A stretch of DNA of 64,000 bases from Malacoraja senta (lineage: Eukaryota): assembly GCA_038087875.1 (NCBI GenBank), contig JAXLNO010000350.1, positions 124,001-188,000 of the forward strand, in the 5' to 3' direction. A program made the translations under genes and the position numbers. Below the pieces are notes generated by a model that made no database searches, was not told the origin of the DNA, and saw only the letters and a program-made list of their open reading frames with translations. Numbering within the stretch: position 1 is the stretch's first letter; every line of letters starts with the position of its first letter. This document shows, piece after piece, positions 59,310-64,000 of this stretch.

Positions 59310-59697
59310 AAGGGACGAAGACCCTATAAGAGCAAAATTAAAAACAAAAGAAAAAGAGTTAAGAAATAGACCCTAGAAAAGAAAGAGAAAGAGAAAGAGG
59401 GAAAAAGAGAGAAACAAATATTTTTATGAGCATTACGTAAATGGGACATACCAACTCTTCAACTAGCATCCCCCCTTACCTGACCTCAATTTTTTTTTTT
59501 TTTAAGTACTTTTGCACCCTATGTTTGTAATAATTCTATAAATGCAGACCACGTCAGGTGGAAGTGATCTGGTTTACCTGCCAGGAGGAGTCTTATCTCT
59601 TCTAGGTGTAATGTTTCAAACATATTTGAAATCCACATATTTATAGTTGGTATTGGAGCCTTCCAAAATTTTAGAATTAGCTTTTTTCCAGTTATTG
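59310..59697 (-). mobile_element. L1 ORF2 C-terminus and 3' UTR fragment
   Basis: ITGKKLILKFWK...WSAFIELLQT, nearly identical to 33528-33910. Confidence 0.92.
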
Positions 59698-60893
59698 TGA
59701 GACAGGAGTTTACAGACCTAATGGGCTCTGGGAAGAAACTCCTTCTCAACCTCTCCGTTCTCACAGCAAGGCAACGGAGGCGTTTGCCTGACCGTAGCAG
59801 CTGGAACAGTCCGTTGCTGGGGTGGAAGGGGTCTCCCATGATCTTGTTGGCTCTGGAGTTGAACCTCCTGATGTATAGTTCCTGCAGGGGGGCGAGTGTA
59901 GTTCCCATGGTGTGTTCGGCCGAACGCACTACTCTCTGCGTGCAGAGCCTTCTTGTCCTGGGGAGAGCAGTTCCCAAACCAGATTGTGATGTTTCCGGAC
60001 AAGATGCTTTCCACAGCCGCTGAGTAGAAGCACTGGAGGATCCTCAGAGACACTCTGAAGTTCCTCAGCTGCCTGAGGTGGTAAAGGCGCTGCCTTGCCT
60101 TACTCACCAGTGCTGCAGCGTGTGATGTCCATGTCAGATCCTCAGAGATGTGGACTCCCAGGTATTTAAAACAGCTCACCCTATCCACAGTATCCCCATT
60201 TATCCTCAATGGTGTGTAAATCCTTGGATGATGTGCCCTCCCAAAGTCCACGATCAGCTCCTTAGTTGTTTTGATGTCCAAGAGGAGGCTGTTGTCCTGA
60301 CACCAGAGTGCCAGATCAGCCACCTCCTCCCGGTAGGCCTTCTCATCGTTGTCTGAGATCAGGCCCACCACCACAGTGTCGTCGGCAAACTTGATGATGG
60401 AGTTGGAGCTGAACCTGGCCACACAGTCATGTGTGTACAGGGAGTACAGTAGGGGGCTGAGGACGCAACCCTGGGGGGTCCTGTGCTCAGGGTGAGGGAC
60501 TTCGATTGTATTCCCTCCCATCTTGACTACCTGGGGCCTGGCAGTGAGAAAGTCCAGGGTCCAGGCACACAGGGGAGTGTTGAGCCCCAATTCCAGTAGC
60601 TTCTCGGCCAGTCTGGTGGGGACTATCGTGTTGAAGGCTGAACTGAAGTCTATGAACAGCATCCTCACGTAGCCCCCCTTCTGGCTGTCAGGATGAGAGA
60701 GAGCGGTGTGCAGAACCTGGGAGACCGCATCGTCCGTGGATCTGTTCGGACGGTATGCGAATGGTAGCGGGTCCATGTGGCGAGGGAGGAAGGCGCAGAT
60801 GTGTTTCTTCACCAGCCACTCAAAGCATTTCATGACTACCGAGGTGAGGGCCACTGGACGGTAGTCATTCAGACAGGCTGGGGAGGAGGCATC
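59698..60893 (-). mobile_element. Rex1/Babar LINE RT fragment
   Basis: [65 protein letters not shown]. Confidence 0.92.
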
Positions 60894-60894
60894 T

Positions 60895-61670
60895 TTGCTT
60901 TATTATCTAAATGGTGGCCGACTAGGAAAAGGGGAGATGCAGCGAGACCTGGGTGTCATGGTACACCAGTCATTGAAAGTAGGCGTGCAGGTGCAGCAGG
61001 CAGTGAAGAAAGCGAATGGTATGTTAGCTTTCATAGCAAAAGGATTTGAGTATAGGAGCAGGGAGGTTCTACTGCAGTTGTACAGGGTCTTGGTGAGACC
61101 ACACCTGGAGTATTGCGTACAGTTTTGGTCTCCAAATCTGAGGAAGGACATTATTGCCATAGAGGGAGTGCAGAGAAGGTTCACCAGACTGATTCCTGGG
61201 ATGTCAGGACTGTCTTATGAAGAAAGACTGGATAGACTTGGTTTATACTCTCTAGAATTTAGGAGATTGAGGGGGATCTTACAGAAACTTACAAAATTCT
61301 TAAGGGGTTGGACAGGCTAGATGCAGGAAGATTGCTCCCGATGTTGGGGAAGTCCAGGACAAGGGGTCACAGCTTAAGGATAAGGGGGAAATCCTTTAAA
61401 ACCGAGATGAGAAGAACTTTTTGCACATAGAGAGTGGTGAATCTCTGGAACTCTCTGCCACAGAGGGTAGTCGAGGCCAGTTCATTGGCTATATTTAAGA
61501 GGGAGTTAGATGTGGCCCTTGTGGCTAAAGGGATCAGAGGGTATGGAGAGAAGGCAGGTACGGGATACTGAGTTGGATGATCAGCCATGATCATATTGAA
61601 TGGCGGTGCAGGCTCGAAGGGCCGAATGGCCTACTCCTGCACCTAATTTCTATGTTTCTATGTTTCTATG
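60895..61670 (+). mobile_element. Young CR1 3' fragment
   Basis: ORF 60895-61320 and (tttctatg)n tail. Confidence 0.95.
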
Positions 61671-61699
61671 TTTTAGGTATCGGTACAATGATGGATTTT

Positions 61700-63215
61700 T
61701 TGAAGGTTTTTCTCCAGGGTGATCTTGTTGTTGTTGTTGTTGAAAGGATCCCACACGGCTCCACAATACTCCAATTTGGGCCTGACCAAGGACTTGTAGG
61801 CATTCTACTTGACGGATGTACTACAGGCATGAAAATGTCTCTTGAGTAGGCCGAGAGTTCTATTTGGTTTGTTGGACACTTGACTAATATGCGTCGCCCA
61901 ACTTAAATCTTTGCTTAATTCGACTCCTAGATATGGGGTGATGGTCGACAGCAAGCAGTGTATGGCTACCCATGTTGTATTCCGATAAAAAAAGTGGTTT
62001 GATCTTGTGTGAGACATGCATGGGATGACATTTGGTTGTATTGAATGACATACATAGATACATAGATAGATACATAGAAAATAGGTGCAGGAGTAGGCCA
62101 TTCGGCCCTTCGAGCCTGCACCGCCATTCGATATGATCATGGCTGATCATCCAACTCAGTATCCCTTACCTGCCTTCTCTCCATACCCCCTGATCCCTTT
62201 AGCCACAAGGGCCACATCTAACTCCCTCTTAAATATAGCCAATGAACTGGCGTCAACTACCCTCTGTGGCAGAGAGTTCCAGAGATTCACCACTCTCTGT
62301 GTGAAAAAGTTTTTCCTCATCTCGGTCTTAAAGGATTTCCCCCTTATCCTTAAGCTGTGACCCCTTGTCCTGGACTTCCCCAACATCGGGAACAATCTTC
62401 CTGCATCTAGCCTGTCCAACCCCATAAGAATTTTGTACGTTTCTATAAGATCCCCTCTCAATCTCCTAAATTCTAGCGAGTATAAGCCAAGTCTATCCAG
62501 TCTTTCTTCATATGAAAGTCCCGACATCCCAGGAATCAGTCTGGTGAACCTTCTCTGCACTCCCTCTATGGCTATAATGTCCTTCCTCAGATTTGGAGAC
62601 CAAAACTGTACGCAATACTCCAGGTGTGGTCTCACCAAGACCCTGTACAACTGCAGTAGAACCTCCCTGCTCCTATACTCAAATCCTCTTGCTATGAAGG
62701 CCAACATACCATTCGCTTTCTTCACTGCCTGCTGCACCTGCATGCCTACTTTCAATGACTGGTGTACCATGACACCCAGGTCTCGCTGCACCTCCCCATT
62801 TCCTAATCGGCCACCATTTAGACAATAGTCTGCCTTCCCGTTTTTGCCACCAAAGTGGATAACCTCACATTTATCCACATTATACTGCATCTGCCAAACA
62901 TTTGCCCACTCCCCCAGCCTATCCAAGTCACCTTGCAGTCTCCTAGCATCCTCCTCACAGCTAACACTGCCCCCAGCTTAGTGTCATCCGCAAACTTAGT
63001 GTCATCCGCAATCCGAAGACATCTGCAAGGTTTTCCCCCCACTCACAGAGAGCATCCAGATCCTTCTGTAAGGACAAGCTGTCTTCTGGTGTTTTAATCT
63101 CTCTACAAATGATGGCATCATCTGGGAACAGTCGAACTCTGGACGGAACTGCGTTTGGAATGTCATTGGTATACAGTTGGAAGAGCAGTGGGGCCATGAC
63201 AGTCCCCATGTGGTA
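61700..63215 (-). mobile_element. Divergent CR1/L2-group LINE RT fragment split by a young CR1
   Basis: PLLFQLYTNDIP...RLFPDD...LQKDLDAL (63020-63210) continues as MSFNTTKC, YLGVELSKDLSW...NRTLGLLKRHF and LVRPKLEY (61740-62050). Confidence 0.75.
62052..63010 (-). mobile_element. Young CR1 3' fragment
   Basis: ORF 62156-62926. (catagata)n tail. Short FADDTK duplication at the 5' junction. Confidence 0.95.
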
Positions 63216-63440
63216 CACCTGGTTAATATTTTGTAAGATATCGCTTTTTTGATAACTTACACTCACTTTTTTTTGTTTATTCACTATTATGAGTTGTATG
63301 ATTTAACAATCTTTATGAACACTTCATTTTATGTTTTTCTCTTTCCCTTAATTATGTTTAATAGTGTCAGGAGATGTAACACTGGTGCAGAAATTATGAA
63401 GGACCACCCTGGACTCGGGATTTCGAGGTACTTGGCTGCA

Positions 63441-64000
63441 TCATAGAAACATAGAAACATAGAAATTAGGTGCAGGAGTAGGCCATTCGGCCCTTCGAGC
63501 CTGCACCGCCATTCAATATGATCATGGCTGATCATCCAACTCAGTATCCCGTACCTGCCTTCTCTCCATACCCTCTGATCCCTTTAGCCACAAGGGCCAC
63601 ATCTAACTCCCTCTTAAATATAGCCAATGAACTGGCCTCGACTACCCTCTGTGGCAGAGAGTTCCAGAGATTCACCACTCTCTGTGTGAAAAAAAGTTCT
63701 TCTCATCTCGGTTTTAAAGGATTTCCCCCTTATCCTTAAGCTGTGACCCCTTGTCCTGGACTTCCCCAACATCGGGAGCAATCTTCCTGCATCTAGCCTG
63801 TCAACCCCTTAAGAATTTTGTAAGTTTCTATAAGATCCCCTCTCAATCTCCTAAATTCTAGAGAGTATAAACCAAGTCTATCCAGTCTTTCTTCATAAGA
63901 CAGTCCTGACATCCCAGGAATCAGTCTGATGAACCTTCTCTGCACTCCCTCTATGGCAATAATGTCCTTCCTCAGATTTGGAGACCAAAACTGTACGCAA
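63441..64000 (-). mobile_element. Young CR1 3' fragment (runs off window)
   Basis: (catagaaa)n tail; sequence closely matches the reverse complement of 61115-61670. Confidence 0.95.

Noticed and set aside
59310..59335. gggacgaagaccctataagagc resembles the conserved mitochondrial 16S rRNA motif (possible NUMT)
   Set aside because: It is the reverse complement of the L1 3' UTR at about 33885-33910 and continues as L1 sequence.

Overview
Repeat-dense eukaryotic (vertebrate) genomic DNA. The repeat families suggest a cartilaginous fish such as a skate or ray; this is inference, not a database result. There are no prokaryotic operons, rRNA, tRNA or CRISPR arrays. The host content is two paralogous, convergently oriented, single-coding-exon tandem C2H2 zinc-finger genes (about 11.1-13.2 kb on +, about 54.6-56.3 kb on -), both carrying frameshifts. 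They lie in a large, circularly permuted inverted segmental duplication whose unit also carries a YY1-motif-rich first-exon module and a CpG-rich block, which on the left arm includes a tandem CTCF-motif array. Almost everything else is mobile DNA: many CR1 LINE copies (some nested), two L1 LINEs plus a 3' fragment, a decayed DIRS tyrosine-recombinase retrotransposon, a solo LTR with TSD, non-autonomous Helitrons (composite and tandem), Penelope-like relics with hammerhead-ribozyme-like cores, and Rex1/Babar and other LINE fragments. A 4.3-kb higher-order satellite carries a repeated ETS/CRE/YY1 promoter-plus-splice-donor cassette. A 200-N assembly gap lies at 59110-59309. Coordinates of decayed repeats were read by eye and are approximate.
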